Of a stretch of DNA of 64,000 nucleotides, positions 35,074-46,944 are shown piece by piece. Both the position numbers and the translations under genes were made by a program. Within the stretch, counting starts at the first letter, position 1, and every line of letters starts with the position of its first letter. Under the pieces are notes generated by a model, which did not search any database, was not told the DNA's origin, and saw only the letters and a list, made by a program, of their open reading frames with translations. The stretch spans positions 868,001 to 932,000 of the forward strand of contig NIVC01000073.1 of the NCBI GenBank assembly GCA_002269645.1, given 5' to 3'. The stretch is from Macrostomum lignano. Lineage: Eukaryota.

Positions 35074-38000
35074 TCATTCGGTCTCGCAGCAGAACTCGTA
35101 GGCGTTGACAAACATTTTAAACCAAGGCGACGCCAGATTATTGTCATCACTACTATTAGTAGACGCTTGCTGTCCAGCCGGACACTGCCAGGTGAGGAAG
35201 CTGCGCTCCGGATGCGGCATCATCGCCAGGTGACGGCCGCAAGGGCTGCAGACGGCCGCCAAGCCTTTAGGCGAGCCGTTCGGATTGCACGGATACGACT
35301 CGGTGGCCTCGCCGGCCTGATCGACGTACACCAGCGGCACCCGGCCAGCCGCCAGCAGGCTGTCGGCCGAGGCCACCGAGAACCGACCCTCGCCGTGGGC
35401 GCTCCACACGCCCAGCCGGCTGTCCGACATGCCGCGAAGCAACGGACAAGAAGTTGGCAAAACTCGGACAGTCGGATAGCGAGACTCGAAACGGCCGCTC
35501 AAGTTCGGCTCCAAGGTCACCGGGGCGCTGGAGTCGCTGCTGCCGCTATCGGAGTCGCCGTCAAGCCAGCCGATGCGAGCCATGAGCTGGCAGCCGTTGC
35601 ACACGCCCAGGCTGAAACTGTTGCCACGGCGACGGAGGGCGTCCAGTTCGCGATGAACGCTGGGATGAAATTGCACCTGCGCGGAGATTAGTGGGAATCT
35701 TGCTTTGCATTGGGAATTGAAAGAGACAAGGGGACTTAAAATTGGATGAAGGACATGGGATTAAGGACTGATATGGGATATTTCTCCGCTGGGGTTAAGG
35801 ACTGATATGGGATATTTCTCCGCTGGGATTAAGGACTGATATGGGATTTTTCTCCGCTGGGATTAAGGACTGATATGGGATATTTCTCCGTTGGGATTAA
35901 GGACTGATATGGGATATTTCTCCGCTGGGATTAAGGACTGATATGGGATTTTTCTCCGCTGGGATTAAGGACTGATATGGGATATTTCTCCGTTGGGATT
36001 AAGGACTGATATGGGATATTTCTCCGCTGGGATTAAGGACTGATATGGGATATTTCTCCGCTGGGATTAAGGACTGATATGGGATTTTTCTCCGCTGGGA
36101 TTAAGGACCCCTGATATGGGATATTTCTCCGTTGGGATTAAGGGGAGAAACGGGATATTTCTCCGTTAGGTTCAGCGGGAGATATATTATTGTAGGGTAT
36201 TTTCCCCGTTGGGATAAAAGGGAAAATAGGGGATACTTCTTCCTTGGGATTTGGGATTCGACTTTAGCCGTGAGCACATCTCTCACCTGAGCTGCCCAGC
36301 CCTTGGCGGAGCCCAGCACGTCGGCATAGCTGAATCCGCCAACAAACGCCACGCCGCGACAGTCGGCTAGGCTGACCCCGTCTTCGCCGTCGCCGTCGGC
36401 AGCCAGGTCGCCAGTGGTGACGTCCAAGACTCGAAAGCCAGCGGCGTAGAAGGCGGCGGCCATCTCCCTGTCGCCGTTGGACCCCTCCTCGCGAATGATG
36501 GCCACAGTGAAGCGCCGTTCCATAGCCAACAGTCGGTCAACGCTTGGCAACAAGCAGGGTTCCGTTGCCGTGGCAACGTACTGATTGGCGCCGCCGGCTT
36601 CTCTTAGGTAGCGCAGCTCGGACCTGGCGCAGTCCGGCTGGCACTGAGCCAACTCCAGCTGGTGCGACGGCCGCTCCCAGGCTTCTCGAAGGTCTGCGAG
36701 GCTGACTTTGTCCAGCAGCTGCGGTGAAAGTGTCAAATCATCATCATCTGACACTAATTCAAGCCATCATCTGACACTAATTCAAGCCATCACCTGACAC
36801 TAATTTAAGCCATCATCTGACACTAATTCAAGCCATTACCTGACACTAATTTAAGCCATCACCTGACACTAATTCAAGCCATCATCTGACACTAATTCAA
36901 GCCATCATCTGACACTAATTCAAGCCATCATCTGACACTAATTCAAGCCATCATCTGACACTAATTCAAGCCACCATCTGACACTAATTCAACCCATTAT
37001 CTGACACTAATTAAAGCCACCAACCGACACTTTGAAGTTATTGTCTGACACTCACCACACGATCCCCGGCAACGATCCTCAGTTCCCCGGCAACGGTTGC
37101 TAGGCCAACAATGCGCACTCCAGTCGATAGTCCGGCGGAGTTCAGCCGATCCAACACCTGATTGGCTGCCTCATTAGACGCGGCCTGAAGCAGCCAGCCC
37201 GGCTCTTCGGACATCAGCCAGGCTGTCGGACAGGCGACACTGTCCGGCACTCGAAGCTCCAAGCCGCAGCGGCCGCCAGCAGCCAGAGCCATCTCGATAG
37301 CCGCCACGGCCAGGCCGCCATCGCTGATGTCGTGCCCGGCAGTCAGCAGCTTCGGCGAAGTCTCCGACAACAACGATTGGACAGCGGCGAATCCGGCCGC
37401 TAGTCGGAGGGCGTCCGGGTTTGGACAGTCCCGGCCGAAGATGTCGCCGCCGCCGGAGCTGCAACGGGCGAAAGCCGAGCCGCCCAGGCGGCAAGCGTCG
37501 GGTAGGTCGCCGAGTGGCACGTGGATCAACGGTCCAGCGTGGGGTTGCAGCACCGGCTGTAGGGTCAGCGTGATGTCCGGACACACGGCATAGACCGAGA
37601 CTACAAGCTGTCCGGGACTGCGGATCACCTGCACCAGTTTGAAAAAAAATTCTTTACATTTTTTATGCTATTTTACTTGTATTTTACTTGCATTGCTACT
37701 AACAGTAGTGTATCTAGAGTAGCTATTTTTGGAAATATTTTCGAGCGTCACACCTGCGTCTCTCCCGTAGTCTGATTAGTAACGCTGGCGGCCATACTCA
37801 GGGAGTCTTTGCCTCCGTCGATGGCCACGCCAAGCTGTTTCATAAAATCCACCGTAGCCAAGGCCGTAGCAACCAGCTGGCCGCCATCGGCGCCGCGTTT
37901 ACCTGGCCACATCCAATTAGTGGAGCATTTCACATCGGCCAGACTTGTGACCCGGGCCATCGCCAGGTTAGTGAGAGCTTCGCAGACGGCCATACGACCG

Positions 38001-41000
38001 GCGCGCGACGGGTCTAGCAATCCTTTGATTGGCTGCTCGCCAATAGCGGTGGCGCCGCCGACGCGGTCGAAATAGCTCAGAGCGACAACGGCCACGTCGG
38101 CTAGAGGCGTGTGCAGCGGCCCGACGCACTGCTGCTGGGCCACAAGGCCGGTGACAGAACGATCCACCTTGTTAGTTAGGAACCGCTTGCTGCCGACGTC
38201 TGGGCAGGAGAGAACTGAGAGCAGGCTGGCTAGGAGATATGATTGGCTGCACTCCAGCGGCGAAGGCGGTTGCTGGGGGAGAAGGGGAATATAATAGTAA
38301 CTACGGTGCGATTAGGAATCCGTTGTTATTATTTATAGTCTGAATAGGCCAGATTAGCAATCCGTTTCTATTATTTATAGTCTAGATAGGCTAGATAAGC
38401 AATCCATTCTCAATGCCTATTAACCCATAGACAGGCTAGATTAGCAATCCATTCTCAATGCCTATTAACCCATAGACAGGCTAGATTAGCAATCCATTCT
38501 CAATGCCTATTAACCCATAGACAGGCTAGATTAGCAATCCATTCTCAATGCCTTTTAACCCATAGACAGGCTAGATTAGCAATCCATTCTCAATGCCTAT
38601 TAACCCATAGACAGGCTAGATAAGCAATCCATTCTCAATGCCTATTAACCCATAGACAGGCTAGACTAGCAATCCATTCTCAATGCCTATTAACCCATAG
38701 ACAGGCTAGACTAGCAATCCATTCTCAATGCCTATTAACCCATAGACAGGCTAGATTAGCAATCCATTCTCAATGCCTATTAACCCATAGACAGGCTAGA
38801 CTAGCAATCCATTCTCAATGCCTATTAACCCATAGACAGGCTAGATTAGCAATCCATTCTTAATGCCTATTAACCCATAGACAGGCTAGACTAGCAATCC
38901 ATTCTCAATGCCTATTAACCCATAGACAGGCTAGACTAGCAATCCATTCTCAATGCCTATTAACCCATAGACAGGCTAGACTAGCAATCCATTCTCAATG
39001 CCTATTAACCCATAGACAGGCTAGACTAGCAATCCATTCTCAATGCCTATTAACCCATAGACAGGCTAGACTAGCAATCCATTCTCAATGCCTATTAACC
39101 CATAGACAGGCTAGATTAGCAATCCATTCTCAATATCTATTAACCCATAGACAGGCTAGATTAGCAATCCATTCTCACACACCTCATCCGTCAGTCGATA
39201 CGGCTTCAAGTTGCTGCAATCCAACAGGAACTCCTTCTGTGGCACCCCGCTGAGCACGGCGTCCAATGGCAGACAGACGGGAGTTGCCTCCGGATCTCGC
39301 ACTCTGGCCCGCTTTGCTCCATCTCCACCGTCGCTAACAACGCTGTCGCCGCGGCCGAAGCTGTACAGCGTGACCACACCAGTGTCGCGTACAACTCCAA
39401 CATCGATGGCAGGACACCGTTCTCTGGCTCCAATCCGCCTGAGCCGCTCCATCAAGTCTGGCGGTACGAGGCAAGCGTCAGACTCTTGATACTCGGCGCC
39501 CCAGAGTTCGAGAGGGCTCAGTGTTGGATCGCCTAATTGAAATTTGTCGGCGTAGATATCGGCGCCAAGCGGCTCGCAGATCTCTTTTAATACGTTGGCG
39601 TTGCCGCCAGCGCCCTGAGCAAAGAATGAAAAATTGCGCTATTAGTTTTATTTCAGGTATTTTAGCATTGAAAGCTACATTCTTAGGGGCGTTTTAACAT
39701 TATCTCAATCAGGGGGTATTTCAGCTTCAAAAGCAGATATCAATCAGGGGGTATTTCAGCTTCAAAAGCAGATCTCAATCAGGGGGTATTTCAGCTTCAA
39801 AAGCAGATCTCAATCAGGAAGTATTTCAGCTTCAATAGCAGATCTCAATCAGGGGGTATTTCAGCTTCAAAAGCAGATCTCAATCAGGAAGTATTTCAGC
39901 TTCAATAGCAGATCTCAATCAGGGGGTATTTCAGCTTCATTAGCAGATCTCAATCAGGGGGTATTTCAGCTTCAATAGCAGATCTCAATTAGGGGGTATT
40001 TCAGCTTCAATAGCAGATCTCAATCAGGGGGTATTTCAGCTTCAATAGCAGATCTCAATCAGGGGGTATTTCAGCTTCAATAGCAGATCTCAATCAGGGG
40101 GTATTTCCGCTTTAATAGCAGATCTCAATCAGGGGGTATTTCAGCTTCAATAGCAGATCTCAATCAGGGGGTATTTCAGCTTCAATAGCAGATCTCAATC
40201 AGGGGGTATTTCAGCTTCAAAAGCAGATCTCAATCAGGAAGTATTTCAGCTTCAATAGCAGATCTCAATCAGGGGGTATTTCAGCTTCATTAGCAGATCT
40301 CAATCAGGGGGTATTTCAGCTTCAATAGCAGATCTCAATCAGGGGGTATTTCAGCTTCAATAGCAGATCTCAATCAGGGGGTATTTCAGCTTCATTAGCA
40401 GATCTCAATCAGGGGGTATTTCAGCTTCAATAGCAGATCTCAATCAGGGGGTATTTCAGCTTCATTAGCAGATCTCAATCAGGGGGTATTTCAGCTTCAA
40501 TAGCAGATCTCAATCAGGGGGTATTTCAGCTTCAATAGCAGATCTCAATCAGGGGGTATTTCAGCTTCATTAGCAGATCTCAATCAGGGGGTATTTCAGC
40601 TTCAATAGCAGATCTCAATCAGGGGGTATTTCAGCTTCAATAGCAGATCTCAATCAGGGGGTATTTCAGCTTCAAAAGCAGATCTCAATCAGGAAGTATT
40701 TCAGCTTCAATAGCAGATCTCAATCAGGGGGTATTTCAGCTTCATTAGCAGATCTCAATCAGGGGGTATTTCAGCTTCATTAGCAGATCTCAATCAGGGG
40801 GTATTTCAGCTTCAATAGCAGATCTCAATCAGGGGGTATTTCAGCTTCAAAAGCAGATCTCAATCAGGAAGTATTTCAGCTTCAATAGCAGATCTCAATC
40901 AGGGGGTATTTCAGCTTCATTAGCAGATCTCAATCAGGGGGTATTTCAGCTTTAATAGCAGATCTCAATCAGGGGGTATTTCCGCTTTAATAGCAGATCT

Positions 41001-44000
41001 CAATCAGGGGGTATTTCAGCTTCAATAGCAGATCTCAATCAGGGGGTATTTCAGCTTCAATAGCAGATCTCAATCAGGGGGTATTTCAGCTTCAATAGCA
41101 GATCTCAATCAGGGGGTATTTCCGCTTTAATAGCAGATCTCAATCAGGGGGTATTTCAGCTTCAATAGCAGATCTCAATTAGGGGGTATTTCAGCTTCAA
41201 AAGCAGATCTCAATCAGGGGGTATTTCAGCTTCAATAGCAGATCTCAATTAGGGGGTATTTCAGCTTCAAAAGCAGATCTCAATCAGGGGGTATTTCAGC
41301 TTCAACAACAGGATTTACCTGATCATGCACGCTCTGTATGGGGTTGCAGTCCGCCCCCAGCTCGGCGCAGGCCCGCACCAACCGGTTGAGTTTGCCGCCC
41401 ATCTGCGCGTCGCCGCGCTGCACGGCGTTAAAGTTCAACTCGTCAGCGGCCGCCCCGCCTTCGCCTTGGACGCCGACTGAGCTGGCGGCGCCGCCACCGA
41501 CGCCGATCCGATAGGCCGGCCCGCCCAGCTTGACTACCAGATCGCCTGGCTTGGCCGGTCGCTTAGCAACCAATCCGTCGTCAAGGGCGCCGATACCGCC
41601 GCTGAACATGACCGGTTTGACCCATTCCCGACGCTCGCCGCCTTGAAAGACGTCGCCGAATGCGCGGCAGAAGCCGGCAATCAGCGGCTCGCCAAATTTG
41701 TTGCCGTAGTCGCTGGCGCCGTCCGAGGCTTCGAGTAGAACTCGGCGAGGCCGAGCCATGCCGGCTGCGTAGCCTTCGACAGCGAATCGTTCGTCTAAGT
41801 CGCCGACGCAGTAGCCCGCTGTGCCCGCGATGGTGTACCTGAAGCCATGTGTTGAAGCTCGAGGCTGGCCCAGCAACTGAGGATCTGGGAGGCTGGCCCA
41901 GAAACTGAGGATCTGGGAGGCTGGCCCAGCAACTGAGGATCTGGGAGGCTGGCCCAGCAACTGAGGATCAGGGAGGCTGGCCCAGCAACTGACACTCTGG
42001 GAGGCTGGCCCAGCAACTGATACTCTGGGAGGCTGGCCCAGCAACTGAGGATCTGGGAGGCTGGCACAGCAACTGAGGATCTGGGAGGCTGGCCCAGCAA
42101 CTGAGGATCTGGGAGGCTGGCCCAGCAACTGACACTCTGGGAGGCTGGCCCAGCAACTGAGACTCTGGGAGGCTGGCCCAGCAACTGAGGATCTGGGAGG
42201 CTGGCCCAGCAACTGAGGATCTGGGAGGCTGGCCCAGCAACTGAGGATCTGGGAGGCTGGCCCAGCAACTGAGACTCTGGGAGGCTGGCCCAGCAACTGA
42301 CACTCTGGGAGGCTGGCCCAGCAACTGATACTCTGGGAGGCTGGCCTAGCAACTGACACTCTGGGAGGCTGGCCCAGCAACTGACACTCTGGGAGGCTGG
42401 CCCAGCAACTGAGCATCTGGGGGGGGGGCTGGTGGCCAAGCAACTGAGCATCTTGGGGGGGGGCTGGTGGCCAAGCAACTGAGCATCTGGGGGGGGGGGC
42501 TGGTGGCCAAGCAACTGAGCATCTGGGGGGGGGGGGCTGGTGGCCAAGCAACTGAGCATCTGGGGGGGGGCTGGTGGCCAAGCAACTGAGCATCTTGGGG
42601 GGGGGCTGGTGGCCAAGCAACTGAGCATCTTGGGGGGGGGCTGGTGGCCAAGCAACTGAGCATCTGGGGGGGGGGGGGGGGCTGGTGGCCAAGCAACTGA
42701 GCATCTTGGGGGGGCTGGTGGCCAAGCAACTGAGCATCTGGGGGGGGGGGCTGGTGGCCAAGCAACTGAGCATCTGGGGGGGGGGGGGCTGGTGGCCAAG
42801 CAACTGAGCATCTGGGGGGGGGGGCTGGTGGCCAAGCAACTGAGCATCTGGGGGGGGGGGCTGGTGGCCAAGCAAACAGCTGAGCCATTAACCAGCTTCA
42901 TAAAGCAGAAATCTTTCATACCCGCCCCGACCAGTCGCGTGCACGTCCCGAATTCTACCGCCGGCGCCAGTTGCCGCGCCCTCAAACGGCGCCACAGCGG
43001 TTGGGAAATTGTGCGTCTCGGCGGTGAGGATCACGTGACGCAGCTGGGGATCTGGCAACAGGCGGAGCTCGGAGCCGCGAGCGGGGTCAACGGGGCACAA
43101 GACGGGCACACGGAGGCCGCGGATGGCGCTGCTGTTGTCGCACATGGCCAGCACGCTGTTGGACGCCGATTCGGCCAGAGTTGATGAGACCAGCGCCATC
43201 AGATGGGGATATTTGTTGCCTAGCAACGGCTCGCGAGTCGATGCGTTGAGTAGGCGGCCTGGTTTGAGATTTTTTAAGATCTATAGTAGAACTTGAAAAA
43301 AACATCCAATTTTGGGATTTTTAGGTATCTGGAACTTTAGATATCCCAGTTTGGATTTTTAGGAATCTGGAACTTAGGATATCCCGTTTTAAGATTTTAA
43401 GGATCTGGAACTTGCGATATCCGGCTTTGGGATTTTTAGGGATCTGGAACTTGTGATATCCCGCTTTGGGATTTTTAGGTATCTTGAACTTGAAATATCC
43501 CACTTGGGATTTTTAAGGATCTGGAACTTGGGATATCCCGTTTTAAGATTTTAAGGATCTGGAACTTGAGGTACCCCATTTTGGGATTTTTAGGGATCTG
43601 GAACTTGGGATATCCCGTTTTAAGATTTTAAGGATCTGGAACTTGCGATATCCGGCTTTGGGATTTTTAGGGATCTGGAACTTGTGATATCCCGCTTTGG
43701 GATTTTTAGGTATCTTGAACTTGAAATATCCCATTTGGGATATCTAAAGATCACACGTTTTAAAACAGACTGCGAACCTTTAAAGAACCAATGCCTGCAG
43801 TGCTCGCTATTAGACTGGGCCAAATCGAAGCATTCAACGCTAGTAGGATTTCTGCCAATAGTTTCAGCAAACAATTTCGTATAATAGTCCAAATCCCAGT
43901 CGTCCATAGACAGGCCCATAGTAGCGTTGACTTCGGCCAGGGCTTCCCTGCCTCGGCCGCAGACGTCAACTTCGAAGACCGGCTGAGGCGGACAGCGCAG

Positions 44001-44558
44001 CAACTCGGATCGGTAGGAGTCGGCAGTGAGCGGCGCCGGGTACACAGACTGGGTCATGCGATCGCACAGTTTGTCGCTGTGTACAAATTCAGTCAATCTA
44101 CGATGCACAACGCTATCTGGCCAGTTGCTAAGCAACCTATTATAAACAAACCGATAAACTATGGAGCTTTCAACGCGTTGAACAGGCGGAGCCAAACCGA
44201 TGCCGGAGCAAATCGCTACGCAGTTAGTTGAGAAAGCGGTGGTGACGCTTAGCCGAGGCCCGACCTCGGCTCTATAGGCACCGTGGAATGCTGCTTCAAC
44301 GCTTGAAGATTCCGATGAAGCTGACAGCTGGGAACTGGTTTTATCTGTGCCCAGCAGGTAATGCAGCTGACACTGCTGCTCTGGGCTAAGCTGCTGGCTG
44401 CACTGGACATAGAAGCAGCGCTCTGTGGCTACAGACTCAACTGGTGGACAGGCATCGCGGCAGCTGGCTAGCAGGTTAGACAGCTGCTCAGCTGTGTGAC
44501 AGTCCGACAGGTAGAGCCGATAGAAGGCCTGCAGTGTCCAGGTGCGAACAAAATAAGC
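35074..44558 (-). CDS. PFAS: Phosphoribosylformylglycinamidine synthase (FGAM synthase, PurL-type); exons 44558-43778, 43258-42922, 41838-41319, 39614-39183, 38272-37754, 37628-37056, 36718-36287, 35676-35074; start probably in micro-exons near 46221-46314
   Basis: Phase-consistent GT-AG model of ~1400 aa. Motifs [97 protein letters not shown], glutaminase GVCNGCQ and MPHPER. Confidence 0.96.
35757..36140. repeat. 34-bp minisatellite in last PFAS intron
   Basis: GGGATTAAGGACTGATATGGGATATTTCTCCGCT, period 34. Confidence 0.93.
36740..37030. repeat. 23-bp minisatellite in PFAS intron
   Basis: ATCTGACACTAATTCAAGCCATC, period 23. Confidence 0.93.
38345..39178. repeat. 45-bp minisatellite in PFAS intron
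   Basis: TAGCAATCCATTCTCAATGCCTATTAACCCATAGACAGGCTAGA(T/C), period 45. Confidence 0.95.
39705..41305. repeat. 35-bp minisatellite in PFAS intron (~45 copies)
   Basis: CAATCAGGGGGTATTTCAGCTTCAATAGCAGATCT, period 35. Confidence 0.96.
41860..42875. repeat. 28-bp minisatellite grading into a poly-G-containing derivative, PFAS intron
   Basis: CTGGGAGGCTGGCCCAGCAACTGAGGAT to ~42415, then GCAACTGAGCATCT(G)nCTGGTGGCCAA. Confidence 0.94.
43300..43745. repeat. ~39-bp minisatellite in PFAS intron
   Basis: GGATCTGGAACTTG.GATATCC..TTTGGGATTTTTAG; a longer block recurs at 43381/43612. Confidence 0.9.
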
Positions 44559-44562
44559 CTGC

Positions 44563-46220
44563 AAAATGTACTTCCCAAATCTTAAATACCCCTAGAAATG
44601 TACTTTCCAAAGCTTAAATACCCATAGAAATGTACTTTCCAAAGCTAAAATACCCCTAGAAATGTACTTCCCAAATCTTAAATACCCCTAGAAATGTATT
44701 TCCCAAATATTAAATACCCCTAGAAATGTACTTTCCAAATCTTAAATACCCCTAGAAATGTACTTCCCAAAGCTAAAATACCCCTAGAAATGTACTTTCC
44801 AAAGCTTAAATACCCCTAGAAATGTACTTCCCTTCCCAAAGCTTAAATACCCCTAGAAATGTACTTTCCAAAGCTAAAATACCCCTAGAAATGTACTTTC
44901 CAAATCTTAAATACCCCTAGAAATGTACTTCCCAAATCTTAAATACCCCTAGAAATGTACTTCCCAAAGCTAAAATACCCCTAGAAATGTACTTTCCAAA
45001 GCTTAAATACCCCTAGAAATGTACTTCCCTTCCCAAAGCTTAAATACCCCTAGAAATGTACTTTCCAAAGCTAAAATACCGCTAGAAATGTACTTTCCAA
45101 AGCTTAAATACCCCTAGAAATGTACTTCCCTTCCCAAAGCTAAAATACCCCTAGAAATGGATTTCCCAAATCTTAAATACCCCTAGAAATGTACTTCCTA
45201 AAGCTTAAATACCCCTAGAAATGTACTTCCCAAAGCTAAAATACCCCTGGGAATGTACCCGTCAGAGCTAAAGTACCCCTTCGAATGAGCCCCCCAACCT
45301 CTAGGAATGTACCCCTCAGAGCTAAAATAGCCCTAGCAGTGGCGTAGCTAGGATTTTGAAAAGGGGGGGGGATAACTTTCAGGGACAAAATTATAGACTA
45401 ATAAAATATTTTCTTCGTATTTTTTGCTGAAATAATGCATTTTAAAAGTATCAAAACCATGTTTTTAGGCTAAAAATACTTTACTTTGGTAAAATCAGAA
45501 TAAAGTCTGTCCTGACTAGATCCGTTTAGGAACTAGGGATTCGCGGAAATATCATTTAAAACATTTTATTAGTAATTTCCGAGTGAAATAGGCCAATTTT
45601 TGGCAATTTTGCAAGTCTAAGCCTCAGAAGTCTAAGCCGCTTTATTCGCATTTTTTCAAAAAACCTTATTTTCGTTTCCTATAAATCATCAAAATGGGGG
45701 GATATATCCCCGTATCTCCCCCCTAGCTACGCTACTGAGCCCTAGGAATGTATCCTTCAGAGCTAAAATACCCTAGGAATGTACCCCTCAGAGCTAAAAT
45801 ACCCTAAGAATGTAACCATTGAAGCTAAAATACTTATAGAAATGTATCCTTCAGAGCTAAAATACCCAAGGAATGTACCCCTCGGAGCTAAAATACCCAA
45901 GGAATGTACTCCTCGGAGCTAAAATACCCTAGGAATGTACCCCTCGGAGCTAAAATACCCTAGGAATGTACCCCTCGGAGTTAAAATACCCTAGGAATGT
46001 ACCCCTCGGAGCTAAAATACCCTAGGAATGTACCCCTCGGAGCTAAAATACCCTAGGAATGTATCCCTCGGAGCTAAATACCCTAGGAATGTACCCCTCG
46101 GAGCTAAAATACCCTAGGAATGTACGTATCTCTGAGGTTAAATACCCTAGGAATGTATCTCTCAGAGCTAAAATACCCCTAGGAAGGTACCCCTGAGCTA
46201 AAATACCCAAAGAAATGTAC
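44563..46220. repeat. 32-bp and 31-bp related minisatellites filling the PFAS 5' intron, interrupted by a MITE
   Basis: AAATACCCCTAGAAATGTACTTTCCAAAGCTT to the left and AAAATACCCTAGGAATGTACCCCTCGGAGCT to the right of 45337-45737. Confidence 0.94.
45337..45737. mobile_element. hAT-type MITE (401 bp) with 16-bp TIRs and 8-bp TSD
   Basis: Left CAGTGGCGTAGCTAGG, right CCTAGCTACGCTACTG (1 mismatch). AGCCCTAG is duplicated at 45329-45336 and 45738-45745. No ORF. Confidence 0.9.
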
Positions 46221-46789
46221 CTGAACCGCGAGCGTCAGAATTCCTTGGTAATACCTAGTTAAGATTCATTTTATAAGATTTTATTTAATATACATACCTA
46301 TCGGATGTTATCATAAATGTCTACTGAAAGAAGCACAAAAAATAATAGAGAAAACGGACACAGTGTTATTTTAGATTAAAGAAAGATTTTATTTATTTAT
46401 TAAGCATTCTACGAGTATACACCAGATTAAAAGTCGTAACAAAGACTAGATTGTAAACAATTGTATGGGAATTGTTAACAACATGCTACCAATAGTTAGT
46501 GGCATGCTACTAACTATAGTTACAACCGGGACTCGGACTCATTAACTCAGAAATGAGATCACAATTCATAGACAGACAATATAAGCAACAGAAGACCTTC
46601 TACAGAATACAGAGTTGATTAGATTATGCAGCGTTAAAATTTGAAAATACTTGAAATAATTGACAGCATGATTAGTCACTATATTACACAACTAAGCATA
46701 TCTCATATCAACAATGACAGCCTAAGCCAACTATGACGTAGGATTATCACAGTTATAAAGTGCAAGTCAAATAGTCAGGGGGCGGGGCT

Positions 46790-46925
46790 GTGTGCGCCCT
46801 GGCGCACTTTAAGCGACATTGTCACACAACCGGCGAGATGCAGTACTTCTCATTCCACCGACTCCCCTGAGTAGGCACACACTCACACAGGAGTGTAAAG
46901 CGGTCCTAACTTTATCTATCGTTAT
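46790..46925. repeat. Dispersed repeat, copy B (partial)
   Basis: Matches 27470-27600 and the reverse complement of 52620-52735. Confidence 0.8.
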
Positions 46926-46944
46926 TTAAAGGGATGTGGGATGT

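Noticed and set aside
41280-42985. 531-aa and 396-aa Pro-rich ORFs as separate genes or a retained in-frame PFAS intron
   Set aside because: They are read-through of intronic repeats into a PFAS exon. The intron is 1083 nt (divisible by 3) but has an in-frame TAA at 42888-42890.
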